Origin: Phoronis australis
Taxonomy: Eukaryota > Animalia > Phoronida
DNA: 64,000 nt
Direction: 5' to 3'
Assembly (NCBI GenBank): GCA_002633005.1
Contig: NMRA01000162.1
Coordinates: 161,335-225,334 of the forward strand
Shown: positions 24,201-38,155 of the stretch, one piece after another
How the letters are laid out: each line of letters starts with the position of its first letter
How positions within the stretch are numbered: the stretch's first letter is position 1
The notes under the pieces: model-generated
The model's input: the letters and a program-made list of their open reading frames with translations, nothing else
What the model was told of the DNA's origin: nothing
Databases searched by the model: none
Made by a program: the position numbers and the translations under genes

Positions 24201-26732
24201 ACATACAATAAACATTTCGGATTCTGCTTGGGTTACTGTTTCCCTCCAAGATTAATTTCGGAAATAGGATATTTGATGTAGGCACACTGGGACCTAATGA
24301 CACTTCTTTATGGAAGACACGTTGAAGCCTTGTTACAACTGGTCACAAGGGAAAAGGACTACTACTGCTCTCTACCTGGCGAGGGGGCAATCACGTTCTC
24401 CATTTGTGCTATGTGAAGTCTTACATGTGGAACTCTAGTTTTTTTCTTGGATTTTTGACTTGAAAAACCAGGTCTTGGCAGTTCTTAAAGTCAATTCCAC
24501 AGGATATACAAAACCTGAAATTATTAACTGGATTCTGGGCTAAAGACTTCAAAAACCTTGCATGAAGTCGAATTTTCCATGTTTTACGGCCACTGGAAAT
24601 GAAGCCGGCTATATCAAATCAACAGTTTTTACTTCAAAGTCACCATTTGCATGCGATTACCTAGTACTACAAAATGACAGACAATGAGTGTGTTCAGACT
24701 GCCATAACTCTCCAGATTATAGAATCCAAAGTGTCTGAAGGGTTCCTGAATTTCCTTCTAAATTTCAACTTCTCGCTTGCAAGCAGTAAAAGTTTTAGAA
24801 AAGCCACGGCTGAGCAAAAGTGGGTCAAGAGGTCAACAACTGGCAACCTTTTACTGAGAACAGACTCAAAAGTCAAGCAAATGCTACTGGTAGTCTTCAC
24901 ATGCATCAGCAACTTAAATGGCATGAACCCAGCAGGCACGAATTTCTAATGAAATTGGGAGAATCAAATTCGACTGTGGCTCAAAAAAAATATGGTGTGC
25001 CAACCCCACTGCCGGTAATGACTGACTTTATGTTTTGGATTTCTGTCTTGTCTGACAGTAATTCTAATAAGTGATTAGTTGCAATTTTAGAAAATTGCCT
25101 TATTATCCAGGTTCCCTGAAGTCATTACTGGTAAGTGGAAGTGCTGTTTGGTGTCTGTTCCATATGAGATTTTACATCGGCTGATTCAGAGTTTTGGGAA
25201 TAAATGTAAAATACTGGATCTTTAGAAATGCAGTTTGCTGCCAATGGTTTAGCGAGACAAAGTAACTGAAATTTTGAGAGACTGACGGTGAACATTCTTC
25301 AATTTGGGACAAAAATAATTGGAAAATTGCCGTATTTCTATATTGTAGAGGCTTGTCGCGTTGTTGCAAATGCTCAAATTGCTGTTTGATGATAGCTATG
25401 CTGTACAAACCATGCTGAAATATGAGCTTTCTTGAAAAAGTGTCTTTGTTGAGAAAACTGACAAAGTGAAATTGCACCTGTCCGCCATATTGTGTCTCAA
25501 ACTGAAGAATTTTTACCAAAATGTGCGCAATACGCCGAACGCTCATATGCCTATCTGTAAAGCTGTGCCTATAGCCAGAATTTAGCTCAATAAAACTAAA
25601 GAATTTGCGAAATAGTGTGCGAGTAAAAACTGTTGCCAGACAGCAGAATAAAAACTGTTGCCAGACAGTAGTGGTGTGTTTAATTTACAAAACGCCATTG
25701 AACTATTCAATGAAATTTACTGGTCACAAAAACACATGTGCAAAGTATTGTTGCCTGTTCTTATTTGTGAAACTGAGGCACACATGCCTGCAAAACACTT
25801 CAGCAAAAAATTCTTTGAAAAACGTATCATTTTGAATATAGACCTGAATTAGTACATTTTACTGCACATGCCATCTTTTGTGATAGTGGTCTTGTATCAA
25901 TTCATGAACGGGTCAAAATGTAAGAAATGTTCGTTGGCAATGGTCGGATATAATGGGCCCAAATTTTGAGAACCAGTTGATGCCTGTTGTTCAGTGGAGA
26001 AAACTGGTTCTCAAAAGGGTGACACTTTACATCCGAGTTTACCGTTTTCGTCGTCAACACTTTCCGCTGGCGTACAGGATGGAGGATTTTGCTTATCGTT
26101 GCATCAATCAGTTTCTCGCTCTGAGTGAAGTAAACAAAATTTTCAGGTTCAATGCAGTTGGGATGGTGAGGAAATAGTCAACTGCTGGGGAAAATTAACC
26201 TTGCACGGACAAGCACTATGTGTTACAAAATGCTAGTATTTTAGCCTCTGAGGGAACCTAGACAGGTCGAGGACAAGTTAAAATCTCACTGTGTGTTGCG
26301 TTTGGGTGTAACAATATTAATTGACAAGGAGGTTGGTCTTTGAAGTAGAAATGGTGTCCATATGTGAACATGAAGTAATGATTCCAAGGTGGGCCATTGG
26401 CCTTTGATTACTGAAGGTTCCTCAGCTGCCTGTCTGTAGGATGTCTGTGATATTAATAATTACCACCAGTTGGTGTTGGCCATGCTCTGTTTAACCACAG
26501 TCTCCATGGACAATCCTTGGGGAACAGCTGAGTATCCCCAAACCATGTGATATTTCTTTCTGCTGCTTTTGAGTGTTCACTTTCAAGCAGTCATTTGCAT
26601 GGTTCAGGAATTTGAGTTTCTTCGGTTATCTGAAAGTGGGTGAGGCAAGATAGATTGGTGAGGAATAATTTCGCGCATTTTTGTCCAAAGCTCTCTCTGT
26701 ACGTGAAGCTAAAAGGGAAATTTTGATTGAGC

Positions 26733-26818
26733 ATGGGTAGTGGAACGGAAAAACAGAAATCCGGACGTTTCAAGGATTTGAGTGAAGAGTTCTTCAAGCA
26801 AAGGTTGAAGTTGACCAG
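26733..26818 (+). CDS. Candidate alternative first coding exon of the tetraspanin
   Basis: MGSGTEKQKSGRFKDLSEEFFKQRLKLT then AG|gtaaat; the phase-2 donor is in frame with the acceptor at 32683/32684 (T GCA AGT GAC AAA ATG). Confidence 0.45.
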
Positions 26819-29800
26819 GTAAATAAATCATATAGAGTTGTTCCCACTCTGCATGATGGAAACTTAAAAGTGATCAAACTATTTGAAGAAATGTTTTTAG
26901 CAGTGCAGTTTTGTATTGGTAACCATGAAATCCCATTGTGTAACAATTCGAACACACAAGTTTTGAAGCAGATGACAGAACCACTGAATAATTTGTATCA
27001 ACTATCAACCACTTTGTCATAGTAGAAACAAAAATCGTGCAAGCAAACCGCAATGAAAACTAAATTCTTCAAATGTTTCCTAGAAATAATTCAGTGATTG
27101 TTAGATTTTTGTGTGTACATAATTAGTCTTGTACCTTTAAAAAATGCATTTAAACTGGTTAGTGGCCTATTTAGCTTCTAGTTGTACTCGGTGAAAATAG
27201 GGGAAAAGGCGGTTTGGAGAGGAAAACACTTCATCTGTTGATTAATAAACATGTTATAATTTTGTTGATGATGGTAGGTTGGAATTGAATTTAACTATAT
27301 TGGCATAGAGCAGCTGCCTTCTGCGCCAATATTTGGAATTATAAAGCATTATGCATGCATGCGATGCGTAAAACCAAAGGGCCTATCGCACTACAAATTT
27401 AGAACTGTGAACTAACATTCTTTCTCTACTGCAAGAATTTTAGATTCGATGGGTGAGATGATTTAGACCGGTCTAAGTTTAGGACGGTACTAAAGTTAGT
27501 ACACTCGAAAAGACCAGACTAGAGTGTGGATAAAAGTAATTCCATTTACGTAAGCCCAATTGCGAAAAATTTAACCTGTATTGTTTTTCTCGACAGTCCT
27601 AAATTGTCCTGCCACTATACTCGAGAGCCTGGAGGTCATCCTGCCATGTTGCGCACTTTCGATATTTGTGTCATCAGCTGGTCACTGTATAAATACCAAC
27701 AAATCTTAACAAGAATAGAATAAGTGCTAACTTGTTATCAGATGAAACCGAGGTTCTGATGGGGATTTGTACCAAGTGAATGATTCAAGGTACTAGTATT
27801 TTCAATGGAAAGGATCGCAACAGCGTAACAACATATCTTGTGTATAATTTATGGTGAAGCATTAAAGTTGTTATAGCATAATGTTAGTCTGGTCAAACAA
27901 AAAGGATGATAATTTGTGATAGTACTGTTGGTTATCACGCTGATCTAATATATATTTCTGACCAGAAACTGCTCTGGACTAACTCTAATGCAAAAGCAGG
28001 ACATAACTCACTCAAAAGTTTAATAAGATATGCACATGTGATGCAAGGTGAAGCATAAGTCCGTGCATAAGTCCAGGGCCCTCTATGTCTCAATTTTGGG
28101 TTCGATATTGGCTCCATTTCCCTCTGAAAAATATTTCAGAATCGTGTAATTCTCATTATGTCCAAAAATTCCCATCTAATGATTAAAAAATTCCACTCTG
28201 ATTTAGAATCCCATATTTTTAACCCACCCAGTCCCAGTTATTGGTGACTCACCCGAAAAAATTACCCTCTCAGAAGGCAAAGGTAGCTTGACTGTGAGGG
28301 AGGGACTTGGAGACGCACATGAGCAAAATCTATTTTTTTTTAAAAATGGGCTATTTTGGATAGGCGAAACTGGTATACGCGCATGTGTGGAATATTCTGT
28401 CAGAAATCTTCCCTCAATTTCCTTGCAACAGGAGAAAATAGACTCGTCACTTTGCTGTCTTTTAAGGTATTTCTAGATACTAGTGCTAATCCAATGCCAT
28501 AAAACTTAAAAAAAATGTTTTGTGAATGAGTTAGATGTCTCAGTCGGGAAGGATATGTACGTTTGATTTGGAATGTCCTATTTTTGATAAAAATAAAACA
28601 AAAATCCTAACGTTCTTTTCATTTACATTTAATTAGTTCAATTATAGCAGTCCCCATTATACACTTAATCTCTTCTTAAAAAATGCAAGTCTTGCCACTT
28701 CATAAATCTCATGTACTTAAGTTTGACACAAAAGCTGGTGGTATTCAGGCAGTTTCTAGTACAAGGTCCATCTCTTGCATTCCTCAGTGTGTGGTTTGAC
28801 CTTGTGGTATTGTCCTCATAATTAGAAGAGGAAGCCCTTGACCTCTCCAGTCAGCTGAGGGGAGCCCAGGAGGGGTACTGCCATGAAGAGGTATGTAAAA
28901 CATACCGCTCATAATGGCGATTTTTTCATGGTTAGTTTCCGTACTAAGCCATACCTTCTTGACAAAATTCCCAACAAAAGGACACCTTTTCTATTTAAAT
29001 CATTTACTTCGCAAACAGTTTCAGTCTGGGAGTGCGATTAAACCCTACACACGGTTCCTTTTCCAGCTGCACAGATCTTGAGGCAGGTTTCAGCATTCGC
29101 TATATTTTTTAAGTTTTGTTCTCTTAAGCTGCACCGTACTGACAACGTAATATCTGTGGCTGTTCTGTTTCACTAGCTTAATGTGTTGAAGTTCAACTGT
29201 CTAATAAGAATCTCAATATTTATAGAATTACTTACTCTTCCAAAGTGGGTGGTATTTCTGTAACAAAACCCTTTAAATGGATGACATTTTCATTCAGGCT
29301 CCGTTATACACACTGATCCTCTTTTGATTCTAGTCTCTAAAGTCCCCTCCACACATGACCTACGCTAGAGCAACTTGCACTGCTAGTGCAACTTAGCCCA
29401 TTTTTGATTGGAGCGTCCACACATTCACACAAAAATTACACACATACACATTCCAATGACTAGGGTAAGGCGGAAGTTTTCCCTCTGTGTGGCGAGTACC
29501 GCGCCTGATACTCGTCTGTATGTAACCGCAGCTGATAATTCTGGCCGCCGTACCCCACTTTTGCGGCCACATAGTGACTACAAGTTACCCTAGAAACAAG
29601 TTACCCCACCTTGATAATGTGGGTAAGTTGTGCTAGTTTAGTGTCCACACAGCACTCAAACCTAGTATCAATGACAAGTCTTTCAGTCTTTCCTGGGAAT
29701 ATATTATTCTAGGGTAAGTCTGTGTGTTGAAGGTTGGTGGTAACATCTTATGTTACAGCTGTACAACCAAAACATTTATTGTTTACCATGTGGTAACTGT

Positions 29801-30372
29801 ACACCTTAGATTCTGCTTAGCAGTTTGGATGTCTGCCACAGAGTTACAATGTTAGGGTGTTACATTATTGTCCACTACATGTGTTTTCGCTTATCTCATT
29901 CATCTGGTATGTTGACAAATTCTCTGCGAAAGTGGAGGTCCTTGTGAATATGCAGTTAGTCGTGCCCTACTCTGGAAGTGGCGTTTAGGGGGTTAAGAAT
30001 TTCCCGCCATTTCGTTTTCATTGTTTTAGGAGACCAGCACAAAAATGACAGTAGAACAAATCCTCGCAGTAACTCGAGCGCACTAATTAATAAAATTACG
30101 GGAAGCCGTTATTAACCAAAACAAATGTCTGGGATAATCAACGAACCGTATTTTTGCTAAAAATGACATGCAAAAAGGTTGCATTCTCCTTTAAACAAAG
30201 TACATCTAGATCGATGGTGACTGCGCGTGAAGTGAAAGAGGCCCTGAAGGTGATTGTTACATTTTTGAAAGTGTTTTGGTCACTGGCATGATTTTCTTAC
30301 TCTCGAAATTGTGTTGGACCTTTTAGTTGTGAAGCTCAATCATTACAGTTGACTATACATTAGACTATTAAT

Positions 30373-30638
30373 TTGGCTTGTAATTTTCCTCTTTTAAGAG
30401 GATTTCCTCTTTTTTGGTTTCAATTTCCTCTTATTTGATTTCTTCTTATTTGATTTCCAGTTTCTTCTTTTTTCATCTCATTTTTATCATTATTTTGACT
30501 TCATTCATGCAAAAATGTTCATTTCAGTTAAATTTTACAACACAAAAAGATTTCTATCACCCAAGCCTATTTATTTGTAGAACGATACATCACCTGGAAA
30601 ATTTTCCTCTTTTTTGTCATGGGTCATTCCAAGCCCTG
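30373..30638 (-). mobile_element. MITE family A, copy 3
   Basis: Reverse-complement copy ending CATTCCAAGCCCTG; ATTAAT on both sides. Confidence 0.85.
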
Positions 30639-32696
30639 ATTAATTACCGGTAATACAGTACATGGTAGAACTCCACCGTTGAAAAATCTAGATTTAAACA
30701 AGTTTAGTTAGTTAGAGTTCTCAGTATGCTTCGACATTTCATGTTATTATTCGTACAAACATACAATTTATTTTTAGACTTGCAGTGTTGAACATTGAAT
30801 TCGCAGGAAGGTCACTATATTTTTATCACACCCATAAAGAGGGTTACAATCCTACTGTCCAACTGTATTGTTGCACTGTGTAGAAATTCCTACATTGTTC
30901 GGATAAGTAACATATTTGTATAGAACTGTTACCAAGAAATGAATCAGATGTGGTTGTGCTAGAGCCATGTACATCAATCTTATGTCCTTCAAAAATTACA
31001 CTTTTTCATGTTCAGGCTTCATAGTTTTCTTATTTTTCCTAGTATTTTTATGTTTCAGCTGGAAACTTGATAAGAGGCCAAAACAAGCAAAGTTTGTTCT
31101 GGTCTTTACCCGACTCATTGTGAGGCTAAGCTTACAAAAATAAAAACTCCGCCCGCATCAATTTCAACCAAGATCTCAAGCTTTTTGCAAAGCTGTATTA
31201 AGGCATTAAGAAAGGTTTGAAACTCTGCGATTTGCCAAGCAATGACTAAAAAACAAATCCTGTATTATTTTTGCTCGTCTGTTGTGTATTTTGATGTCAT
31301 AATAGGCAGTACACAGACAACTGTTCCATACCAAGGTAAAATTTTTTTCTAGCTGAAAATTCCTTAATGTTAGGTAGATTCAAGAACAAAATTAACATTT
31401 TTTACCAAAATGATGTTTAATCCTTATTAGACTTGCTTAAAAAATCCAAGCTGCTGCTATTGCAAATTGATTTTTTCTAGACTTATTGAACACTATTTGT
31501 AAATGTTGAATCCAAAGTACAAAAGGTACTTAATTTGAAATATTCAAGGCATGCAGTTCCTCATACTTATTACTTGCCAGTTCCCCATAGTTTCACTTTT
31601 GCTGTGTTAAAAATGTCATGCAATTAACATTTAATGGCTTGATGCATCATTTGTCATGTTCTGCCCTATAAATAATACATGTTCTTGATATCTGCTATAG
31701 TGTTTCAAAGCAGTGTCAATCACCAACATTACAACCTTGGTCAGTTGATGAAAGTCGGAAAGTTGACTGAATGTTTTTATTATTTGTTATAATTGCCAGT
31801 TTGATATTTGATTTTTAGTCAATTTCAAGTGTGAAGTTAATCAATTTATGTCATGACTGGTATATGGCCATCTCAAAGTGGTTTTAGGACGTCTTGTTTC
31901 ACTCAGGATATTGTGTCTTGAATCTAGTTTTAAAAATGTCCATTTCTGAAAGTGTTGACTCATGTATGGTTTCTTCCTGTTCTCAAGGAGATCGCCTGGT
32001 TATCAGACCAAAAAAAGTCCTGTCGAGTTTATTCCGAGGCTGAGATGCTCTAGAGCCTGTCAATTGCGCGTTTGAATGAGGTGTGGTCCACATTATGAGT
32101 TAGCCTAGAACAACTTACTCCTGGGATGCGTCGTTCCGGTACCATACTAGGATTAGTAATAGTGTGGATGTTATTTGCGCGGAGACAACCTGATACTGGT
32201 GGTTGTGACAACTTACCCCACCCAATGAATGATGGCGGGGTTACTCGTTTTCTAGTGCAAGTCCTAGTGTAGGCGCAAACCTCCAGATAAGACCAAGTAA
32301 TTACCGGCTGTGTACTTGGTCAATTGTATACAGGTGTCTTCATCATTTCTGTGGTAAATTCATCACAAGGTGTGTAGTGTTATGCTCGGCTGGCTGGGGA
32401 CAACATGTGCTAAAGGCAAGGTATTTTAGCATTACTTGTAGGATGGGCATAACTTGCAGGATGGGCATGACTTAAGTTCGGGCTCAGTATCGGATTGCTG
32501 GCCAGAGTGTTCCTGATTTCTTCCATTGGAATTTCAAGACGGGCCAGATTTTATTTACAATTTCAACAACTGCATTTTGCTCAACCCTGTATCAGGGCAG
32601 TTGTTAATGTGATTACTTCCTAGTGAGATACACAACGCACATAAAACTGACGGAACTGCAACTACGTTTGTGTTTTCTTCCAGTGCAAGTGACAAA

Positions 32697-32771
32697 ATGG
32701 GACATGTGGAGAAAGATAAAAGCTTTTTATGTGTGAAATACTCGTTCTTTGCGGTTAACGTAATATTTTGG
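32697..32771 (+). CDS. Tetraspanin (TSPAN4/TSPAN9-like), coding exon 1
   Basis: MGHVEKDKSFLCVKYSFFAVNVIFW then gtaagt; matches the tetraspanin TM1 pattern CxKYxxFxxNxxFW. Confidence 0.9.
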
Positions 32772-35269
32772 GTAAGTATTTTTAATATTCTTGGTAGAAG
32801 TGTGTGCCTATTGGACCGCTCTTCGGTTGCTTAACTGTACAGCATAAAACATTTTTTTAATCACTGAATTAATTTATGATCAAAAACGTGGTGAGTGAAC
32901 AGATTTTTTTGTCAACCATATCTAAGCTGTAAAAAGTTGTACGGTTGTAGTTTTTAATTAGAAGGACATCAAAACAGGCCTTGTCATGAAATATCAAGAA
33001 CTTTTTTCTGTTCACAGTGACTTGGCGTCATTTTTCATTCAAAATGGAGGCTCCTAGACGTTATCAATCCTGCTATAAATGCATAATTCTTTACATATAT
33101 CTGCTTAATAAATGTCAGTTTCGCAGTTTTTCTTTGTTAACTATTCAAAAAGATTTCTCGAAATAGTTTCCAGTCGGCATTCTTTTTTGTATCTAGCACA
33201 TGTCTGTGAACAGCGAATGGCTTCATTTTTGGGAAGCCTTCAGCTTTTAAGCTTTCGGTTATGGTTAGGCTCTGGTCGTCCATAGTGATAGCGTTTGATT
33301 CCTAGTCAGAATGTTTAACTCCTTTCAAATTAATGTTATGGTACATATTGAGAGGAGGACTGGTAAGATGTCTATGACTCCTTGCTTTATGTGGCTGTTC
33401 TGCCCTCTGTCCAGAGTCTTATCTGCCTGTCATAAAAATTCCACAGCCAAATGAGTTTACATGATGTTAGCAGATGTTGAACATTCTTCAAGTAAGCCAA
33501 AAATGACATTTATCTGGTGGTTTGTTAAAACACAGGGTGTTTAAAAAGACGGGTCATATTTGTTAATTCTTCATTTATTTAGAACGCAATATGGCCTGCA
33601 AGTGAAATTCTGTTTTGTCAAATTTCTCTGAAAAAAATACAAAGTAAGAAAATTATTTCTCTTGCTAGTATGGTATATATCTCGCAGACGTCACAAAACA
33701 ACTTTTGGTAAATTTTCCATTATTTGCAGTAAAGTAATCAGGAAAAAGATAATTTGACAATTATTTTTGTACAAATTAAGTGTACAATTACCATGTTGTT
33801 ATAATTCATGCTGACAATGGGTCAAAGGTAGACAAAAAGCAATAGGTTTATTTGGATATGAAATTTTGTTAAAGATTGTATAAATTGACTACCGGTATAT
33901 GTGCCCTTCTCCTCCTGTGGGCCAACACTGATCAAGTTGACAGTTCCTTTTTTCCAGAGCTGTATAGCAATTTCAAATCAGAGCCACCCTTCAGATTAAT
34001 TTGTGCTAAAAAGTTTGGAAACTGAGTTTTACTTCCTGGTAACCAGCTGACTAGAAAACTGACGAACACCGATTACATCTTTGTAGTGTCCCAAATAAGC
34101 AACTTATATCCTGGTGCAATGTGTGTTTTCTTGATAAGTTGTCATCACTTGAAAAATATCTTAACTGGAGCTCCGCTGGGCAAGCTCGCTTTTCCGGAAC
34201 ACACTAGTGTGACGTAAATTTATTAAATTAAGTCTTTGCATTGTGAAGCGGATGCAGAGTCGAACAATGTTCATATCCTAATGCTAGAAATTCTTAAACG
34301 TGCCTTTGGCCCAAACTACAGTTGGATAAGGGGAAAATGTGTTCAGCTTCAATCATTCCCAAGAAAGAACTTTTCAAAGAATGATTACTATGTACAAAAC
34401 TTTTCACATGGGAAGCTGTTGCCTAGTTTCCCAGCAGCTGGTTGGATTTTTCAATGCAGTGGTGGATCTATACCAAAGATTGTTGGATGAAACTGGAAAA
34501 AATTTGGTGCGGTTACACAAAGCTGTACTTCCCAAAATGTAAATTCAATTCATTTTAAGCAATTTAACAGTTGTTATTAGGAGTAATATTAGTTTCGTTT
34601 TTGTGCAAACACAATTATACGCTACATGAACTTCAGAGCTATTTTTACAATGAATCATTGAAACATCATTTCTGTTATGAGCAATTTCTTAATTTAGTTC
34701 AGAACTGACAGGATACTCAAACTACTTTTTAATCATCATCATTTGTGTACACTGAGGACTGTTTTATAGCAGAATCACTGTAGCTTCCATTGGCAAAGTA
34801 TGTTGAGCTATCGTTTTTGAAAAAAAAAATTATTTAGGCTAGATATGTGATAATTTCACACTTATTTTGCATGAATATAATTCACAAAATTGGCCTTTTC
34901 TATTTTTAAAGGCTGACTTCTTCGCTACAAGTAATGTCGAATGTTGCTTCTTGACATCTACATAATACAAATCATGTTAGTAATTGGCTAAATCTTCCTT
35001 AATCTATATTTTTGCGAAGAAATTTGACAAGATGGAATTTCTCTTGTTGGCTAAAGAAGTGAAGAATAACCGTCTAATTTCTATTCTCAACTTGTTGCGT
35101 AAAATTCAGAAATAAATTTCCTTGTGATCATGCATGAAAGAAAATGGTAAAAGAAGCAATTTTATACAATTCCAGATTCTTTCCTTTGGGACACTCTGTA
35201 TTTTGAATTTAAGAGTTGAAGAATTAATTTTGAGTCTTGGACTAAGTTTACTTTTGTTTTGCTTTCTAG

Positions 35270-35461
35270 TTGGTTGGCTGCGCCATCCTTGCTGTTGGCA
35301 TTTGGCTGTTGATTGCCCACGGCACATTCGCTACTCTCACGCCAACCTATGGCTTCCTCAGTGCCACGTCGATCCTGATCGCTGCTGGATGTATTGTACT
35401 GGTCATCGGCTTCTTTGGCTGCTGTGGGGCCATAGTGGAGAACCAGTGCTTACTAATCACG
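35270..35461 (+). CDS. Tetraspanin, coding exon 2
   Basis: tag|LVGCAILAVGIWLL...GCIVLVIGFFGCCGAIVENQCLLIT|gtaagt; GCCGA signature. Confidence 0.95.
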
Positions 35462-35902
35462 GTAAGTTAAGTTTGAAACCCCATGCACTGCCATCTTTGA
35501 AATTCTCTATATTAGTTTTTGTTTTGGTGTGGAAATGTTGGTTTGATTTTTGAATACACCGAGTTAATGTTCTTAATTATGCATTATGAAACCATTGGCT
35601 GCTCAAAAGCACATCTTACATGTTAAAAAGCATTTTGTTCACTTTGTGCAACCTTAAATGTGTATTGAAACATTTTTCCAATATAAAAATCTCACTATGA
35701 CTCAATTCGTACTACATGAATTGAAAGTAAATCTTTTGTAATTTACGAAATGATTACCATGTTCTATGTAAAGATTGTCTTCTCATTGTCAAATTTCCTA
35801 CTATGAGATTTTGCACAAAGCTTTTGTGTTTGTATACAGTCTCATTCTGACTGCATTTTTTAACTTCCGGTTTCATGTGTCACCCCCTTTATGTCATTGT
35901 AG

Positions 35903-35977
35903 TATTTTATCCTGGTTCTTGTGGTGTTCATTCTGGAAATCACTGCTGGAATCCTGGCGTTTGTCTTCAAAGATGAG
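35903..35977 (+). CDS. Tetraspanin, coding exon 3
   Basis: tag|YFILVLVVFILEITAGILAFVFKDE|gtgagt; TM3 with the conserved Glu. Confidence 0.93.
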
Positions 35978-37098
35978 GTGAGTGGAGCGGTCCCAAAAAT
36001 ACTGCAGTCTTTACACTGCCTTGTCCAATTCTAATAGAAGGCGCGACACTTACATGTAGCAGTGCGATAATGGGTGACCCAATGTTGAGGACGAGTGACC
36101 CACTTGTCTTTGTTTGCAATGTGCTGCATGTTTACAATTTATCACAAGGTTTGTTTACACTTGATGTGATCCTTACTAGAGCAATGGTGATCAGTGTTTC
36201 CATTTTATTTATGTTCCGATAAATTCCCTGCCATTCCCATTATGGGGAGGTGGTTACTATGACAATCAATTCCTCTTGCACTCAATCGTCGTGACATGGA
36301 ATTTTGCTAGCACGCTGCTGGGAACATTTTGTCTCAGTGATAACTTTTGGTGTTTACTGTATTGCTAAACTGTGGAAGAAATTTCCATTCAAGAATATTA
36401 TGTAAAATTTTAATGTTTCATTTTACTTAAAAGTTGCTTCATTACAAGTGATGCTATCATCCGACCCATGGTGTGTTATGTTGTTTTTTAAAAGCCAAAA
36501 TCTCTCAGTATGTCATGTGACTGTAATAGACCCTTTTAGTGGTTCCTCATTTCGAGAACCAGTTTTATTCACATAACAGGTGGTGTTATTCATTGACTGC
36601 CTAGGTTTTCCAAATGAAGGCTCAATAAGAGGGACTATTGCCACACGAGACAATACATTGCTGGTTTCCAAGTCATTGTTTTACGTTACCTTAGATTTTA
36701 TTACTACAACAGTGCACTACAGGACTACTGGTGGCGGAAGGTTTCAACTCCTTGAGTAGTCTTTCTATGGCCTGTTTCATGAGAGTGGCCTAAAATTTGA
36801 GACAGAAATTTGGTCTTACGCTCCACATGACTTTCTGAACATACAATTAAACTTCACTCGAGCAAAGGTGCAAAGTATCTGAGAATACACACATGTCTTC
36901 TAATTGCCGAGATAATTTCTGTAACTTATTTCTAGAATGTGATGCGCTCGTGATTATTTGGCTCGACGGTTTTTCAACAATTGTGAAGGGGGAGAGTAAC
37001 AGCAAATTTTTGTCTCGAGTCTTAAGACACCTTTCGTGAAACGGACTCCAGAAGTGTGTAATGTGTCATCGCATTGGTGTACATTTTTGATACCGTAG

Positions 37099-37197
37099 AT
37101 TATGCGAATTGTGGAGCGAGAGTTGATGCTGGGAATCAAAACAAAGTATACCAAGGAGCAAGGATTGGCCGATGCCTGGGACTATGTACAGAGAGAG
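37099..37197 (+). CDS. Tetraspanin, coding exon 4
   Basis: tag|IMRIVERELMLGIKTKYTKEQGLADAWDYVQRE|gtatta; WDxxQ motif of the large extracellular loop. Confidence 0.92.
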
Positions 37198-37422
37198 GTA
37201 TTACCACTGGACATTTCAGAAATGCAATAACTGAAATTTAATTCAGATTCAAAGTTGTCTGCAAACTTATTTTCCATTAAAAGCTAACTTTTGATTTAGG
37301 GCATACCTTGATAAATCCAGTCTTAACGTGTTCTTTACTCAAATAAGAGGCAATTCCTGTGGTTGGAGCAAACTGAGCATTCGTTTCTGCTTGAGCATAG
37401 AGTCAATAAGTTAGCTTGTTAA

Positions 37423-37833
37423 AGCCTACCTTCAACGTAATTTTGTTATTTTAGATGTATTGGGCTTACTGGATAGTCGTAGCAAAGCCTTAGTAAAATA
37501 AGAAAACGAGAGTTCAATCACACAAATGTAAGCCCGTCAAATGGTAGGTGAACTTGCCTTTTCGTGCCATGTTGCGTCACCGCAAGATGCCAGCACAAAC
37601 AACAAAAGGCCGATAACAGTTGTATTGAATAGGGGTCTGAATAGAACACCATTGCATGTGGCTATTACGAGTAGCTGTTTGAATGAAAAGTTGATTCTCA
37701 CGGTGACGTAGACAAAAGCAAGCCACCTAACAATTCGTTACATTTGGCAATTTATGGCACTAGTTGGCTTAGAGCGATGCTCTTAACGTACTGTAGGTAC
37801 CAAATTTACAAGTGTCACCGTTGAAGATAGGCT
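37423..37833. mobile_element. TTAA-flanked MITE (Kolobok-like termini)
   Basis: TTAA|AGCCTACCTTCAACG ... CGTTGAAGATAGGCT|TTAA. Confidence 0.8.
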
Positions 37834-37837
37834 TTAA

Positions 37838-37960
37838 GGTATACACGAAAATCAGCCAATTTTTTCTTTGATTTTTTATTAAGGAGACATTAAAACTAAC
37901 TAACTGTTTCCTGATGCATGCACTGAACTCTGAAAATGTGCATGACTGTTCATGTATGCC
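37838..37960. mobile_element. Short TTAA-flanked MITE adjacent to the previous one
   Basis: TTAA|GGTATACA ... TGTATGCC|TTAA; shares the TTAA at 37834-37837. Confidence 0.55.
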
Positions 37961-38020
37961 TTAAACAAGAAATTAATGACTTTGTCCTGTGTCAGACATT
38001 AGATCCACTTATGTTCACAG

Positions 38021-38155
38021 TTCAAGTGTTGTGGGGTAAATAACTACACTGATTGGCACTCATCTCCAAGTGCTCAGCTCCCAGACTCCTGCTGCGTCTT
38101 TGAAACCAAGGACTGCGCCTCCAAAACGGCAGCCAGCACAAATATTCACTCCAGG
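38021..38155 (+). CDS. Tetraspanin, coding exon 5
   Basis: cag|FKCCGVNNYTDWHSSPSAQLPDSCCVFETKDCASKTAASTNIHSR|gtaag; CCG and PxSCC motifs. Confidence 0.95.

Noticed and set aside
24674-25546. Cluster of 80-124 aa ORFs on both strands in the tetraspanin 5' intron
   Set aside because: I checked for transposase, recombinase and RT motifs and found none convincing.
26733-26753. N-myristoylation signal in MGSGTEK
   Set aside because: Glu occupies the position where Ser or Thr is preferred, so the match is weak.
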